Origin: Candidatus Eiseniibacteriota bacterium | GTDB lineage: Bacteria; Eisenbacteria; RBG-16-71-46 | DNA length: 64,000 nt | Direction: 5' to 3' | Assembly: GCA_963707915.1 (NCBI GenBank) | Contig: OY970178.1 | Location: forward strand, 2,496,001-2,560,000 | Shown: positions 36,821 to 46,681 of the stretch, piece by piece | How positions within the stretch are numbered: the first letter of the stretch is position 1 | Layout of the letters: each line of letters begins with the position of its first letter | Position numbers and translations under genes: made by a program | Notes under the pieces: model-generated | Seen by the model: only the letters and a program-made list of their open reading frames with translations | Database searches by the model: none | Told to the model about the DNA's origin: nothing

Positions 36821-37972
36821 CTACGATCCCGCGTCGGGGAGGCGCAGCGGCATGATCAGGCAGAGCAGGTTCTCTTCGCTCTGCGGCAAGGCACCCACGG
36901 GCTCGATGATCCCGGCCGAGAGCGACGTCTTCAGCCGGAACGAGACCTGCTCCGTGGGGATGCAGCGCAGGATCTCCAGCAGGTAGCCCGCGTTGTAGCC
37001 GATCTCGAGGGGTTCCCCGTCGTACCCGGCCGGGAGTTTCTGTTCGCCGGCCCCGAGTTCCTGCGTGGTCGACGAGACACCGAGGTTGTCCTTGCGCACC
37101 GAGAAGCGCACCTGCTTGGTGACGTTGTCCGCGTGCGAGGCCACGATGTCGATGGCCTGGATCAGGTCGTCGCGGCGCACCGTGAGGGTGTGCGGGTTGT
37201 CCTTGGGGATGACCTGTTCGTAGTTCGGGTAGGCACCCTCGAGGAGCCGCGTGATGATCTGCACCCGGAACTCCCCCACCTGGGTGCTGAAGCCCGCCTG
37301 GTTGCGTCCGGCGGCGACCTCGATCTCGACCGGGCTGGTGGCTTCCTCGGCCGTGCGGCTCACGGTCTGGAGCGCGCGCGTCGGCACGATGATGCCCTGC
37401 GCGGAGAGCCCCGCGTAGGAACCCTTGCGCAGGGACCGCGAGAGCCGGTGCCCGTCGGTGGCGACGAAGGTCAGCCCCTTCTCGGTGCCCAGGAACAGGA
37501 CGCCGTTCAACTGCGGTCGCGTCTCCTCGGTCGAGGCGGAATACAGGGTCCGCGCCGCCAGCCGCGAGAGCGTGGCCCCGTCCAGCGTGACCCGGGACTC
37601 GCCCTTCAGCTCGGGGATGCGCGGGAACTCGGCGGGGTCCTGCACCGGGAAGCGCGACCAGCCCTTGCCGTCGCCGTAGTCCACCTGGCACTGCCCATTG
37701 CGCACCGCCAGAGTCAGCACGCCCTTGGGCATCTTCCGCACGACTTCGTGGAAGTGCCGTGCCGGGATCGCCACCTTGCCCGGGCTCGAGGTGGTGCAGG
37801 GAACCCGCACGGAGGTGGTCACGTCGAGGTCGGTCCCGGTCACGTTCAGGCCACCCTTTTCGGCCTCGATCAGCACGCAACTCAGGAGCGGCAGAGGACT
37901 CTTGCTCGCCACCGATCCCAGGGCCCGCGCGACCGCGAACGCGAGGTCACCCTGCTGGATGGTCAGCTCCAT
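36821..37972 (-). CDS. dnaN: DNA polymerase III beta clamp
   Basis: GTDLD, ATDGHRL, YPNYEQVIP, IMPLRL. Confidence 0.97.
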   Translation of the reverse strand: MELTIQQGDLAFAVARALGSVASKSPLPLLSCVLIEAEKGGLNVTGTDLDVTTSVRVPCTTSSPGKVAIPARHFHEVVRKMPKGVLTLAVRNGQCQVDYGDGKGWSRFPVQDPAEFPRIPELKGESRVTLDGATLSRLAARTLYSASTEETRPQLNGVLFLGTEKGLTFVATDGHRLSRSLRKGSYAGLSAQGIIVPTRALQTVSRTAEEATSPVEIEVAAGRNQAGFSTQVGEFRVQIITRLLEGAYPNYEQVIPKDNPHTLTVRRDDLIQAIDIVASHADNVTKQVRFSVRKDNLGVSSTTQELGAGEQKLPAGYDGEPLEIGYNAGYLLEILRCIPTEQVSFRLKTSLSAGIIEPVGALPQSEENLLCLIMPLRLPDAGS

Positions 37973-38067
37973 AAAGGTCACTCCATGACTGGGGGAAGCC
38001 CAAGTCCGGCCACGGGTTCCGCGGGGCGGGACGTCGATCGCCGGAGGCTCATGTCCGTAACCACGGC

Positions 38068-38096
38068 ATCATAGGCGGGACGGGGGTGGTCCGCAA
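38068..38096 (-). promoter_or_regulatory. dnaN promoter
   Basis: TTGCGG-N17-TATGAT. Confidence 0.55.
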
Positions 38097-38099
38097 GTG

Positions 38100-38335
38100 A
38101 TTTTCGGTTCGCGCCTATGACTCTAACTGCTTGTCACCCAATAAGAAAAAGACTAGTAGCCGTAGGGGCTGTGGAGTCTGTTGGGGGCCGATTCCAGACA
38201 CCCGCAAGCACCGTCCCGGCAAGGGCTGGGAAGGTCGCCGGCAAGTGTGGGGAAGCCCGTCCGTTGTGCCCCCCTTTGCATGGACCTTGCCGGTGACGGT
38301 CGAGTATCCCCAGCCTTCCACAGGTTATCCACAGC
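38100..38335. other. oriC unwinding part: AT-rich DUE, DnaA-trios and DnaA boxes
   Basis: Perfect TTATCCACA at 38325-38333; near-boxes at 38304, 38314, 38246 and 38170; AATAAGAAAAAGAC-TAG-TAG-CCG-TAG-GGGC-TGTGGA at 38140-38175. Confidence 0.85.
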
Positions 38336-39724
38336 TCATCCAGCGGCCAGCGTGGAGATGAGTCCGTTGATGCGCTCCGCGAACTCCCCGTCCGTCGCCA
38401 CCATCGCCCCCACCTTCTCGCAGGCGTAGATGACGGTGGAGTGGTCCCGCCCGCCGAAGATGCGGCCGATGTCCACCAGGGAGAGTTCCGTGAGCTGTCG
38501 CAGCAGGAACATCGCAACCTGCCGCGGCAGTGCCACCGAGCGTGTCCGCCGCTGCCCGAACAGGGCCTCGACCTTGATGCTGAACTGCTCGGACACCAGC
38601 GCCACGATGCGCTCGGGGGTGAGCTGGTCGGAATCCGGGTGAACGTAGTGCTGGAGCACCTCCTCGGCCAGCTCGAGCGAGATCTCCTGGCCGGTCAGGG
38701 CCGCCACCGCCATCAGCCGCACCAGGCAGCCCTCGAGGTCGCGGATGTTCGTCCGGACGCGGTCCGCGATGAGCAGCAGCACGTCCTCCGAGAGGCGCAC
38801 GTCGGCGCCCTCCTGGTCGCAGCGGTTGCGCAGGATGGCGATCCGGGTCTCGAGGTCGGGCTGCTTGATGTCGGTGACCAGCCCCTGGTTGAAGCGTGAC
38901 GTGAGACGCGCCTCCAGCATCGGGATGTCCTTGGGCGGCTTGTCCGCGGTCACCACGATCTGCTTGTGCGCGTCGCGCAGGGCGTTGAAGGTGTAGAAGA
39001 ACTCCTCCTGCGTGCTCTCCTTCCCCGCCAGGAACTGGATATCGTCGATCAGCAGCAGGTCCACGTTCCGGTACTTGTTGCGGAACGCCAGCGTCTGGGC
39101 GTGCTGGATCGCGTAGATCATCTCGTTGGTGAAGCGCTCGGCCGGCACGTAGTAGACGCGCAGGTCCGGCCGGCTGCACATCACCTGGTGGCCGATGGCG
39201 TGCAGCAGGTGGGTCTTGCCCAGGCCCGATCCGCCGAAGATGAAGAGCGGGTTGTAGGAGTGCCCGGGGTTCTGCGCGACCGCCATGCAGGCGGCGTGCG
39301 TGAAGCGGTTGCTGCTGCCGACGACGAAGCTCTCGAACGTGTGCCGGGGGCTCAGCTGGCTGTCGAGCCACAGGCGCGCGGCGCGTGGCGCCACCGTGGT
39401 CGTGGTCGCCGTGGGGCCCGGGCGCTGCTCGGCCGGCGGAGCCGGGGCCACCGGCTCCAGGGCCGAGAAGCGGACCTCGGGCGCGGCGCCCAGCACCTCC
39501 ACGAGGCTCTGGCGCAGTGCGGTCAGGTGGTGTTCGTGGATCCAGTCCACGAAGAATGCGTTGGGGACTTCCAATTCGACGAGCTGGGTGCTGATGGCAC
39601 GGGGGATGATCGGCTTGAACCAGGTGTCCAGCGCCTGGGGGCTGCCGAGCCTGCCGCGCACGGAGTCGAGGACTCGAGCCCAGATGACGCCCGTCTCCTC
39701 CGACTGCAACGACTGGACGGCCAT
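38336..39724 (-). CDS. dnaA: Chromosomal replication initiator DnaA
   Basis: YNPLFIFGGSGLGKTHLL, LLIDDIQFL, FGGRDHSTV. Confidence 0.98.
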   Translation of the reverse strand: MAVQSLQSEETGVIWARVLDSVRGRLGSPQALDTWFKPIIPRAISTQLVELEVPNAFFVDWIHEHHLTALRQSLVEVLGAAPEVRFSALEPVAPAPPAEQRPGPTATTTTVAPRAARLWLDSQLSPRHTFESFVVGSSNRFTHAACMAVAQNPGHSYNPLFIFGGSGLGKTHLLHAIGHQVMCSRPDLRVYYVPAERFTNEMIYAIQHAQTLAFRNKYRNVDLLLIDDIQFLAGKESTQEEFFYTFNALRDAHKQIVVTADKPPKDIPMLEARLTSRFNQGLVTDIKQPDLETRIAILRNRCDQEGADVRLSEDVLLLIADRVRTNIRDLEGCLVRLMAVAALTGQEISLELAEEVLQHYVHPDSDQLTPERIVALVSEQFSIKVEALFGQRRTRSVALPRQVAMFLLRQLTELSLVDIGRIFGGRDHSTVIYACEKVGAMVATDGEFAERINGLISTLAAG

Positions 39725-39755
39725 TTCAACGATCCTTGCTGAAAGGTCGCGAGAG

Positions 39756-39934
39756 TTGTCCACAGGGAGCCGGGCGATGGCGGCCTCAGCCAGCCGTGGC
39801 CCGGGGCCCTGGGGTGCGACGATTTGTGGAGAGTGTGGAAAGGGCTTATCAACAATCTGCGCATAGGTCTCATCTTGTTTGCTTGCGTGGCTTTGGGCTC
39901 GGTCGCGCCTCCTTTCGTCCACACGTTTTCCACA
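39756..39934. promoter_or_regulatory. DnaA-box cluster upstream of dnaA (second oriC part or autoregulation)
   Basis: TTGTCCACA 39756, TGTGGAGAG 39825, TGTGGAAAG 39834, TTATCAACA 39846, TCGTCCACA 39915, TTTTCCACA 39926. Confidence 0.8.
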
Positions 39935-40220
39935 TGTCGCCGGTGGCCTCGGCCGGGACCGCGAATCGATCCGCGCGGCAATCCGGCCCCGCAGACCGAA
40001 GCTCATTCTTTGCTTTGATTTGGAATGGATCGCCGATTCCCGCGAGCGGCGGCCGAGAAGGATCTCCGCTCAGGGGCCGGGAGGCTAGCACCGTCGGCGG
40101 GGCCCGACAAGGCCCATTTTGACGCAGGGTATCCATCCGCAACCTGCTGCAATCAAGACGGTTGCGGCTGACCAAACATCCGCGACCCGGGGCGGCTCCG
40201 GGCGCCGCCCCGGCCTCGGG

Positions 40221-40853
40221 TCAGAACGGGAAGTTGGCCCCCGCCGAGAAGACCGAGCGGTCGTCGAAATCGTCGCCGAGGCGCAGCTGGAACTCCGCCG
40301 TGATGCGCACGCCCGGGATCGCCCGCAACTCGGCGCCCAGCCTCAGGGGCGTCGAAAAATCGTTGTCGCTCATGCCGGCCACGTCCCAGTTGGCGAAGGA
40401 GAGCATGGCGCCCGCGTAGGGCACGAACGAGGAACTGCCCGAGAGCGGGAAGGTGTGGCTGGCCACGATCGAGGGACCGAGCCGGAGCACGGAGTAGTCG
40501 TCGCTGGTCTCGACGCCGATCCCCGCCCCCACCGCGATGTCCACGGGCCGGCCCGTGGTCGCCTTCGCCACGCCGAAGCGCCCATCGACGCCCAGGCGCA
40601 GCGTGGTCTTGGAGCCACCCACCAGGTCGATGCGGGAGAGCCCGCCCTGGAAGCCGAAGTCCATGTTCGGATAGAAGCTCAGTCGCAGCTGGCCCAGCGC
40701 ACCGACCACGTCCTGGCTGAAGTTCACGTAGGCGCCGCCCAGCCGCGCGTTCACCGGCAGGATCTCGGCGGGCGTGTACTGCCCGAACACCTGGGCGTGG
40801 GCTGCCGGCGCGAGGCTCGCGACGAGCAGCGTGAGGAGCACGAGCTTCTTCAC
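40221..40853 (-). CDS. Outer-membrane beta-barrel protein
   Basis: GGAGG RBS plus GTG; signal peptide MKKLVLL...AHA; beta-strand pattern; C-terminal Phe. Confidence 0.75.
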   Translation of the reverse strand: MKKLVLLTLLVASLAPAAHAQVFGQYTPAEILPVNARLGGAYVNFSQDVVGALGQLRLSFYPNMDFGFQGGLSRIDLVGGSKTTLRLGVDGRFGVAKATTGRPVDIAVGAGIGVETSDDYSVLRLGPSIVASHTFPLSGSSSFVPYAGAMLSFANWDVAGMSDNDFSTPLRLGAELRAIPGVRITAEFQLRLGDDFDDRSVFSAGANFPF

Positions 40854-41009
40854 GTTCAACCTCCGGAGCGGAAGGATGGGGGGCGTCCCAGTATGACTGC
40901 CCCCGCAAAGTCGCAAATCCACGAAACCCGGGTCAAGCGGAAACCCCGGCGCGCGGTTTCCGGTGGCCCGCCCGCGGCGCGGGCGCGTCCGCCCCGCGGG
41001 CCGGCGGGA

Positions 41010-41894
41010 TCAGGGGGCCGGCGCCTGGTCGAAGAAGCTCGAGGCCCACTGCGCCCGCGGACGGAAGCCGAGGGCGAGGTAGACCGCGATCGCCGGGGCG
41101 TTGGAGTCGTTCACGAACAGGCAGGCGGCCCGGGTGCGCGCGAAGAGACGCGTGCAGAGTTCCGCCAGGCCGCGGCGCGCGAGGCCGCGGTTGCGGCGCT
41201 CGGGCGGCACGAAGACCCCCGAGATCTGCACCGCGTCCGCGGTGAGCGCGCTCAGGCTGGCCCGGAACAGCAGCGCGTCGTCCGCCAGCCAGAGATGGGT
41301 ATGGCCCTGGCGGCATTCCTCCTCGACGCGCCGCGCATAGCCCCCGGGGTCCGCCTGGCGCGGGTCCTCCTTGAGCTCCTCGGCCCGCAGTTCCGCGCCG
41401 GTCCGGTGGACCAGGTCGTAGTCCTCGGGCCGCGCCGCGCGCAGCTCGGGAAGCCGCTCGAAGGGCGGCAGCCCGCCCCGGTCCACCGCCATGTAGCTCT
41501 GCGGCAGCTCGAGCCGCGGGGCGAGGCCCGCCTCGCGCAGGCGGGCCACGACGGCCGCGACCGCGGCCCGCGCCCCCACGACCTGGAACTGGCGGGGGAC
41601 GATCGCGAGCCGCCCGGCGACGCACTCCGCGAGGGCGGCCAGCGCCGCGGGGTCGTCGCCCGCGGGCAGGACGGCGCCGGAGGAACCGCCCAGGAAGACG
41701 AGACCCGCGATCGCGCCCCTCCTGCGCGCCACCCAGTACTCGTCGCGCGGGGCGGCGAGCCCGTCGCGCAGCACCAGGGCCACGAGGTAGGCGTTCACGA
41801 CCGGGTCGCGGTCGAGCCAGCCGAAGACTTCGAGCATCTCGGGGTAGCCGGCACGCTCGACGACGACCTCGGAGCGGTCGGGATGCTGGGACAT
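41010..41894 (-). CDS. GNAT family acetyltransferase
   Basis: GVFVPPERRNRGLA, NAPAIAVYLALGF. Confidence 0.88.
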   Translation of the reverse strand: MSQHPDRSEVVVERAGYPEMLEVFGWLDRDPVVNAYLVALVLRDGLAAPRDEYWVARRRGAIAGLVFLGGSSGAVLPAGDDPAALAALAECVAGRLAIVPRQFQVVGARAAVAAVVARLREAGLAPRLELPQSYMAVDRGGLPPFERLPELRAARPEDYDLVHRTGAELRAEELKEDPRQADPGGYARRVEEECRQGHTHLWLADDALLFRASLSALTADAVQISGVFVPPERRNRGLARRGLAELCTRLFARTRAACLFVNDSNAPAIAVYLALGFRPRAQWASSFFDQAPAP

Positions 41895-41977
41895 GGGATC
41901 CCCTCGCGCGGCCGGTTCGCCTGCGCGAAGGCAATCTAGACCGCGGGGATGCGGCGGACAACCGCGCGTCTCCCGCG

Positions 41978-42325
41978 TCAGTCCTCCGCGGCGGCGCTCC
42001 TCCCCCGCCCGCGCTTCTTCTCGGCCTCGAGCCGCTTGCCGGCCAGCCGCTTCTCGACCGCGGTGCGCGTCGGTCTCGTCGGGCGCCGGGGCTTCGGCCG
42101 GCGGGCGCGGCGTTCGAGCTCCTCGAGCACCCGCTCGAGCGCCGTCTCCCGGTTGCGCGCCTGCGAGCGGCTCTCGGTCGCGATGCGCACGATGCCGCTC
42201 GGCAGGTGTCGCACGCGCACGCTCGACTCGGTCTTGTTCTTCTTCTGCCCGCCGGGCCCGGACGACTTGTAGGGCGTGATCTCGCAGTCGCGGGCGAGGC
42301 GCTCGATGGCGGGAGCGAGCGGCAT
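41978..42325 (-). CDS. arfB: Ribosome rescue peptidyl-tRNA hydrolase (ArfB/YaeJ-like)
   Basis: SSGPGGQ, RSQARNR, basic tail RRPTRPTRTAVEKRL. Confidence 0.85.
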   Translation of the reverse strand: MPLAPAIERLARDCEITPYKSSGPGGQKKNKTESSVRVRHLPSGIVRIATESRSQARNRETALERVLEELERRARRPKPRRPTRPTRTAVEKRLAGKRLEAEKKRGRGRSAAAED

Positions 42326-42336
42326 GGCGGCCGGCG

Positions 42337-43305
42337 CTATCCTTCCCCGCGGACCCGGGCGACGACCTTGCCGGCGATCAGTCGCTCCAGCGCCGCGCGG
42401 TCGGGCGCGTCCAGCACGATGAAGTCGCTCTGGTCGCGGCCCGGGAGCAGGAGAAGCTGCCGGCCGCTCCAGAGCGCGCGGCTCAGGACCAGGTGCCCCG
42501 AGAGCCTCACGGCGTACGGGGCGTGGCGTTCCAGCGGCCAGCTCTTCCGGCTGACGATCACGAGGTCGCCGGCCGCGAGCACGTCGCCCACGCGCCGCGC
42601 GCCGGCGGTCGAGAGGCGGAACGCGAACGGCCGCACCGGTGGCTCGATCCCGGCGAGCGAATCGGCGGAGACGCGATGCACCGCGCGAAGCTCGGGACTC
42701 GAACGGGCGCCGTCGCCCGGGTCGGCGCCCTCGGCGATCTCGGGCACCAGGATCTTCGCCTGCGGACCCGCCCCGGGCGGCGGTGTCGCGGGGATCTGGG
42801 CCAGGTCCGGCACGACCTCGTCGCCATGGCCACCGGCCGGGTCCAGGATCGGCCGGGCCTGCAGAAGGGCGCCCGGCTGCCGGCCGGCGCCCGCGAGGGT
42901 GGTCTCGTCCGCCGCCGGCTCGGGCGGGGGAGGGCCGGGCCCGGGCCCCCGTCCGGCAAGCAGCCCCGCGTAGCCGGGGTGTCCCAGCGTCTCGGCGAGG
43001 AACTGCACGGCGCGGGCGGTCTCGACGGGATCCGAGCGCCTGCCGGTCGCCGCCCAGGCGAGGTAGATGCGCCGATCGTCGAGCAGCGCTTCGGCCAGTC
43101 GCGAGGCCAGTGCGGGATGCGGGGTCTTCGCGCCGCTCTCGAGTTGCGAGAGGTAGGAGGCCGAACTCTCCCTGAGTCCGACCCGGAGCGCCACGTCGCG
43201 CACCGTGAGCCCCAGCGTCTCGCGGCGCTGCCTCATGCGGCCACCCACGGGGTGACCGGTCGGCCTGGGCGGGCGGCCTCTTCGAGGTCGTTCGAGCGGG
43301 TCCAT
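42337..43305 (-). CDS. XRE-type HTH regulator with degenerate LexA/CI (S24)-like C-terminal domain
   Basis: RRETLGLTVRDVA...YLSQLESG HTH; C-terminal FAFRL, GDLVIV, IAGKVV. Confidence 0.75.
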   Translation of the reverse strand: MDPLERPRRGRPPRPTGHPVGGRMRQRRETLGLTVRDVALRVGLRESSASYLSQLESGAKTPHPALASRLAEALLDDRRIYLAWAATGRRSDPVETARAVQFLAETLGHPGYAGLLAGRGPGPGPPPPEPAADETTLAGAGRQPGALLQARPILDPAGGHGDEVVPDLAQIPATPPPGAGPQAKILVPEIAEGADPGDGARSSPELRAVHRVSADSLAGIEPPVRPFAFRLSTAGARRVGDVLAAGDLVIVSRKSWPLERHAPYAVRLSGHLVLSRALWSGRQLLLLPGRDQSDFIVLDAPDRAALERLIAGKVVARVRGEG

Positions 43306-43312
43306 GGGCCGC

Positions 43313-43480
43313 ATCATAGCCCAGTCGCAGACTTGATTACCAGATATGGAGAGTAATCGTCGCGGTATTTGAGAGCTGTAATGGTCGCTTATTCAAGTGC
43401 CGTCAATCCTGCCGTCCAACGCAATGCCTGATTGTTGCTTTACCGTAAAGTGACCTTGTTAGCTATCAATTAATGCGCAT
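43313..43480. promoter_or_regulatory. AT-rich divergent control region with inverted repeats
   Basis: Sharp drop in GC; GATTAC-N12-GTAATC at 43335-43358; CTTTAC-C-GTAAAG at 43438-43450; TATGAT -10 on the minus strand. Confidence 0.55.
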
Positions 43481-43691
43481 GGCCCGGCCATGATCCATCC
43501 TACCCGTTCGGCGTGCCGCATTCATCGCGAACCGCCTCCGACCAGCGCCTCGACCGACATCGGCCGCCGGCGCCCGTGGAACCGCGGGGAGGGCTTCAGC
43601 GAGGCGCCCGACCGGGAAGCGCCCCCGTCACCCGACCGACGGAGCGCCGTCGGCCCGGCCGTCGGCCGCCCCATGTGCTAGCGTCGCGCGC

Positions 43692-44963
43692 ATGAGTCCG
43701 CGCGATCCGGCGGTGCCCACCCGGTCCCCCGAGCCCGGCGTCCCGGCCGCTTCGCGCGGCCTCCCGGGCCTGCCGCGCAACGTCGTCGCGCTGGGCTTCG
43801 TCTCGCTCCTCACCGACGTGTCCACCGAGATGATCGTCCCGGTGTTGCCGCTCTTCGTGGTCGGCGTGCTCGGGGCCTCCATGGCGAGCGTCGGCGTCAT
43901 CGAGGGCGTGGCCGAGAGCACGGCCGCGCTCATGCGGCTCGGCTCGGGTTGGCTCTCGGACCGCAGCGGGCACCGCAAGCCGTTCCTCCTGTTCGGCTAC
44001 GGCATCTCGGCCGTGGCCAAGGGCGCGCTGGCGCTGGTGCTCTCCTGGCCCATGGTGCTGGCGCTGCGCTTCGGCGACCGCGTCGGCAAGGGGCTGCGCA
44101 ATCCTCCCCGCGACGCGCTCATCGCCGACTCGGTGGAGCCGCGCTACCTGGGACGCGCGTTCGGCTTCCATCGCGGGCTCGACACGCTGGGCGCCGCCAT
44201 CGGGCCGCTGGTCGCCTTCGCCATGTTGCGCGCCTTCCCCGGCGGGTTCCGCCGCATCTTCCTGCTGTCGGTGGTGCCGGCGGCGCTCTCGCTCGTGGTG
44301 CTCGCGGTGTTCGTGAAGGCCAGGCGCCACGAAGTCGCCCGCGCCGCCGCGCCGCTCTTCGCCGAGGCCCGGGCCATGGGCGGCCCGTTCCACCGCTTCC
44401 TGCTCGTGGCCGGGCTCTTCTCGCTCGCCAACTCGAGCACCGCCTTCCTGCTGCTGCTTGCCGCCGACCGGTCGCGCGGAGCGGGCTTCGCGAGCGCGCA
44501 GGTGGCGCTGGTCTACCTGCTCTACAACCTGGTCTACGCGCTGCTCTCGTGGCCGGTGGGGGAGTTGTCCGACCGGATCGGGCGCCGCTCCATCCTGCTC
44601 GGCGCCTATCTGGTCTTCGCCGCGCTCTACGCGCTGCTCGCCTGGAGCGCGGCGCCGGTCGTCGTCGTCGTCGGCTTCGTCGTCCTCGGGCTGCACAGCG
44701 CGATGCTCGAGGCCTCGCAGCGCAGCATGCTCGGCGACCTGGTCGAGCCGGCGCGCCGCGGCACCGCGTACGGGCTCTACTACGCGGTGGTCGGCGCGGC
44801 GTTGCTGCCCGCGAGCGTCATCGCCGGCGCGCTCTGGGACCGGCTGGGCCCGCGCGCGATGCTGGCGGCGGACGCCGGCCTGGCGCTCCTCGCCGCGCTC
44901 CTCTTCGCGATTCTCCTGCCGGGGAGCCGCGAGTACAGTGATCGCCATGTCCACGCTGGGTGA
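43692..44963 (+). CDS. MFS transporter
   Basis: VSLLTDVSTEM, GWLSDRSGHRK, DRVGKGLRNPPRDALIADS, LSDRIGRR. Confidence 0.92.
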   Translation: MSPRDPAVPTRSPEPGVPAASRGLPGLPRNVVALGFVSLLTDVSTEMIVPVLPLFVVGVLGASMASVGVIEGVAESTAALMRLGSGWLSDRSGHRKPFLLFGYGISAVAKGALALVLSWPMVLALRFGDRVGKGLRNPPRDALIADSVEPRYLGRAFGFHRGLDTLGAAIGPLVAFAMLRAFPGGFRRIFLLSVVPAALSLVVLAVFVKARRHEVARAAAPLFAEARAMGGPFHRFLLVAGLFSLANSSTAFLLLLAADRSRGAGFASAQVALVYLLYNLVYALLSWPVGELSDRIGRRSILLGAYLVFAALYALLAWSAAPVVVVVGFVVLGLHSAMLEASQRSMLGDLVEPARRGTAYGLYYAVVGAALLPASVIAGALWDRLGPRAMLAADAGLALLAALLFAILLPGSREYSDRHVHAG

Positions 44964-45972
44964 GCTGGGGGAGTTCGAGGTCATCCGCCGCCTGGCCGCG
45001 GCGCGCGGCGCCGCCGGGCCCGGTGCGGGCGTGGTGGTCGGCAGCGGCGACGACGCCGCCGTGTTGCGCCCCGCGCCGGGCACCGACCTGGTCGCGACCA
45101 CCGACGCCTTCGTCGAGGGCGGGCACTTCCTGCGCGACTGGTGCCCCGCCCGCATGGCCGGCGCGCGACTCGCGCAGGCCAACCTGAGCGACCTCGCGGC
45201 CATGGCCGCGACCCCGCGCTGGGCCCTGCTCTCGATCGGCGCCCGTCGGGACAGCGCGGTCGCCGACCTGGTCGACTTCCAGTCCGGGCTGTCCGGAGCG
45301 CTCGAGGCCGCGGACGCGGCCCTGGTGGGGGGGAACCTGACCGCGGTGGCGGGCGCCGAGTGGTACTCGCTGACGCTGCTGGGCGAGTGCGGGCGCGGGC
45401 GGGTGTGGACGCGCCGCGGCGCGCGGCCCGGGGACCTGGTCGCGGTGAGCGGTCGCCCGGGCCGCGCCGGCGCCGGTCTCGCGCTCGTCCGCGCGCTGGG
45501 CGACGGGGCGCGCGCACCGCGGTGGGCGCCGCTGCTCGAGGCCTGGCTCGCGCCGGTGGCGCGCGTGATGCTGGCGGGCGCGCTGCGCGAAGCGCCGGCG
45601 GTGACGGCGGCGATCGACGTCTCGGACGGGTTCGCCGGCGACCTCGGCCACCTGTGCGAGTCGAGCGGGGTGGGCGCCGAGGTGGACGAGCGGGCGTGGC
45701 CGGACGATGCGCTGCTCGCCGCCGCCGCGGTCGCGCTCGGGGCGGCGCCCGCGGCGCTGCGCTTCGGGCCGAGCGACGACTACGAGTTGCTGCTCGCCGT
45801 GGACCCCGCGGGGCGCGCCGCCTGCGAGCGCGCGGCCGACGCCGTCGGCGTGCCGCTGGCGTTCGTGGGCCGCTTCACCGCGGCGCCCGGCGAGCTCACG
45901 CTGCGCGCGGCGGACGGCACCGGGCGGCGGCTCGGCGGCTCGGCGTACGACCACTTCGGGCGCGCCGGCTGA
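44947..45972 (+). CDS. thiL: Thiamine-monophosphate kinase
   Basis: GEFEVI, GDDAAV, NLSDLAAM, IDVSDG, DYELL, YDHF. Confidence 0.93.
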   Translation: MSTLGELGEFEVIRRLAAARGAAGPGAGVVVGSGDDAAVLRPAPGTDLVATTDAFVEGGHFLRDWCPARMAGARLAQANLSDLAAMAATPRWALLSIGARRDSAVADLVDFQSGLSGALEAADAALVGGNLTAVAGAEWYSLTLLGECGRGRVWTRRGARPGDLVAVSGRPGRAGAGLALVRALGDGARAPRWAPLLEAWLAPVARVMLAGALREAPAVTAAIDVSDGFAGDLGHLCESSGVGAEVDERAWPDDALLAAAAVALGAAPAALRFGPSDDYELLLAVDPAGRAACERAADAVGVPLAFVGRFTAAPGELTLRAADGTGRRLGGSAYDHFGRAG

Positions 45973-46005
45973 CCGTTCGACGGGCGCCCGCGCCGGCGCG
46001 CGGAC

Positions 46006-46551
46006 TCAGGAGGCGGAGAGTCGGCCGCCGACCCGGTCGGCCGGGTGCGCGAAGCGGGCCTCGAGGTCCAGCAGCTTGCGCTTGCGGGGGAGGCCGCCGC
46101 CGTAGCCCGTCAGGCTCCCGTCCGCGCCGATGACGCGGTGGCACGGCACGACGATGGGGACGGGGTTGTGGTTGTTCGCCAGCCCGACCGCACGGGCCGC
46201 ACCGGGCCGGCCGATCGCCGCGGCGATCTGACCGTAGGAGCGCGTCTCGCCGTAGGGGATCCCGCACAGCGCTCGCCAGACCCGGACCTGGAACTCGGTC
46301 CCGGCAAGGTCCAGCGGGAGGGCGAACCTCGTCAGGTTCCCGCAGAAGTAACCGTCGAGCTGGTCCACGACCGGCTTGAGCTCGAGCAGGGAGGGCTCCC
46401 ACTTCGCGTCCGGGACGGCCTCGGCGTGGAGGGCGAAGGCCCGCTTGAGGCTCCTGCGTTCCAGGAAGTCCACGAAGCGCAGGCCGCGCTCGGTGCGGGC
46501 GAGGAAGAGCAGCCCGAGGGGCGAAGACATCACGTGGTAGGCGAGTCTCAC
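46006..46551 (-). CDS. ogt: Methylated-DNA--protein-cysteine methyltransferase
   Basis: GTEFQVRVW, IPYGETRSYG, VPCHRVIG. Confidence 0.93.
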   Translation of the reverse strand: MRLAYHVMSSPLGLLFLARTERGLRFVDFLERRSLKRAFALHAEAVPDAKWEPSLLELKPVVDQLDGYFCGNLTRFALPLDLAGTEFQVRVWRALCGIPYGETRSYGQIAAAIGRPGAARAVGLANNHNPVPIVVPCHRVIGADGSLTGYGGGLPRKRKLLDLEARFAHPADRVGGRLSAS

Positions 46552-46681
46552 CCGGGCAGCATAGCGGACGCCGGAGCGGAGAGCCAAGCGGCGCGGTGGG
46601 CGCGCGGCCGCCGACGCCACGGGCGGGCGCGGGCGGGTGCTGCGGGCGAGCAGCGGCCGTCGCGGCGCCGGCCGCACCGCG

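Noticed and set aside
39725..40006. N-terminal extension of DnaA in the ORF track
   Set aside because: It runs through the DnaA-box cluster; ATG 39724 gives a normal-sized DnaA.
43490..43681. Small ORF divergent from the XRE gene as a Cro-like partner or prophage remnant
   Set aside because: No HTH, no RBS, low-complexity product, and no integrase or phage genes nearby.
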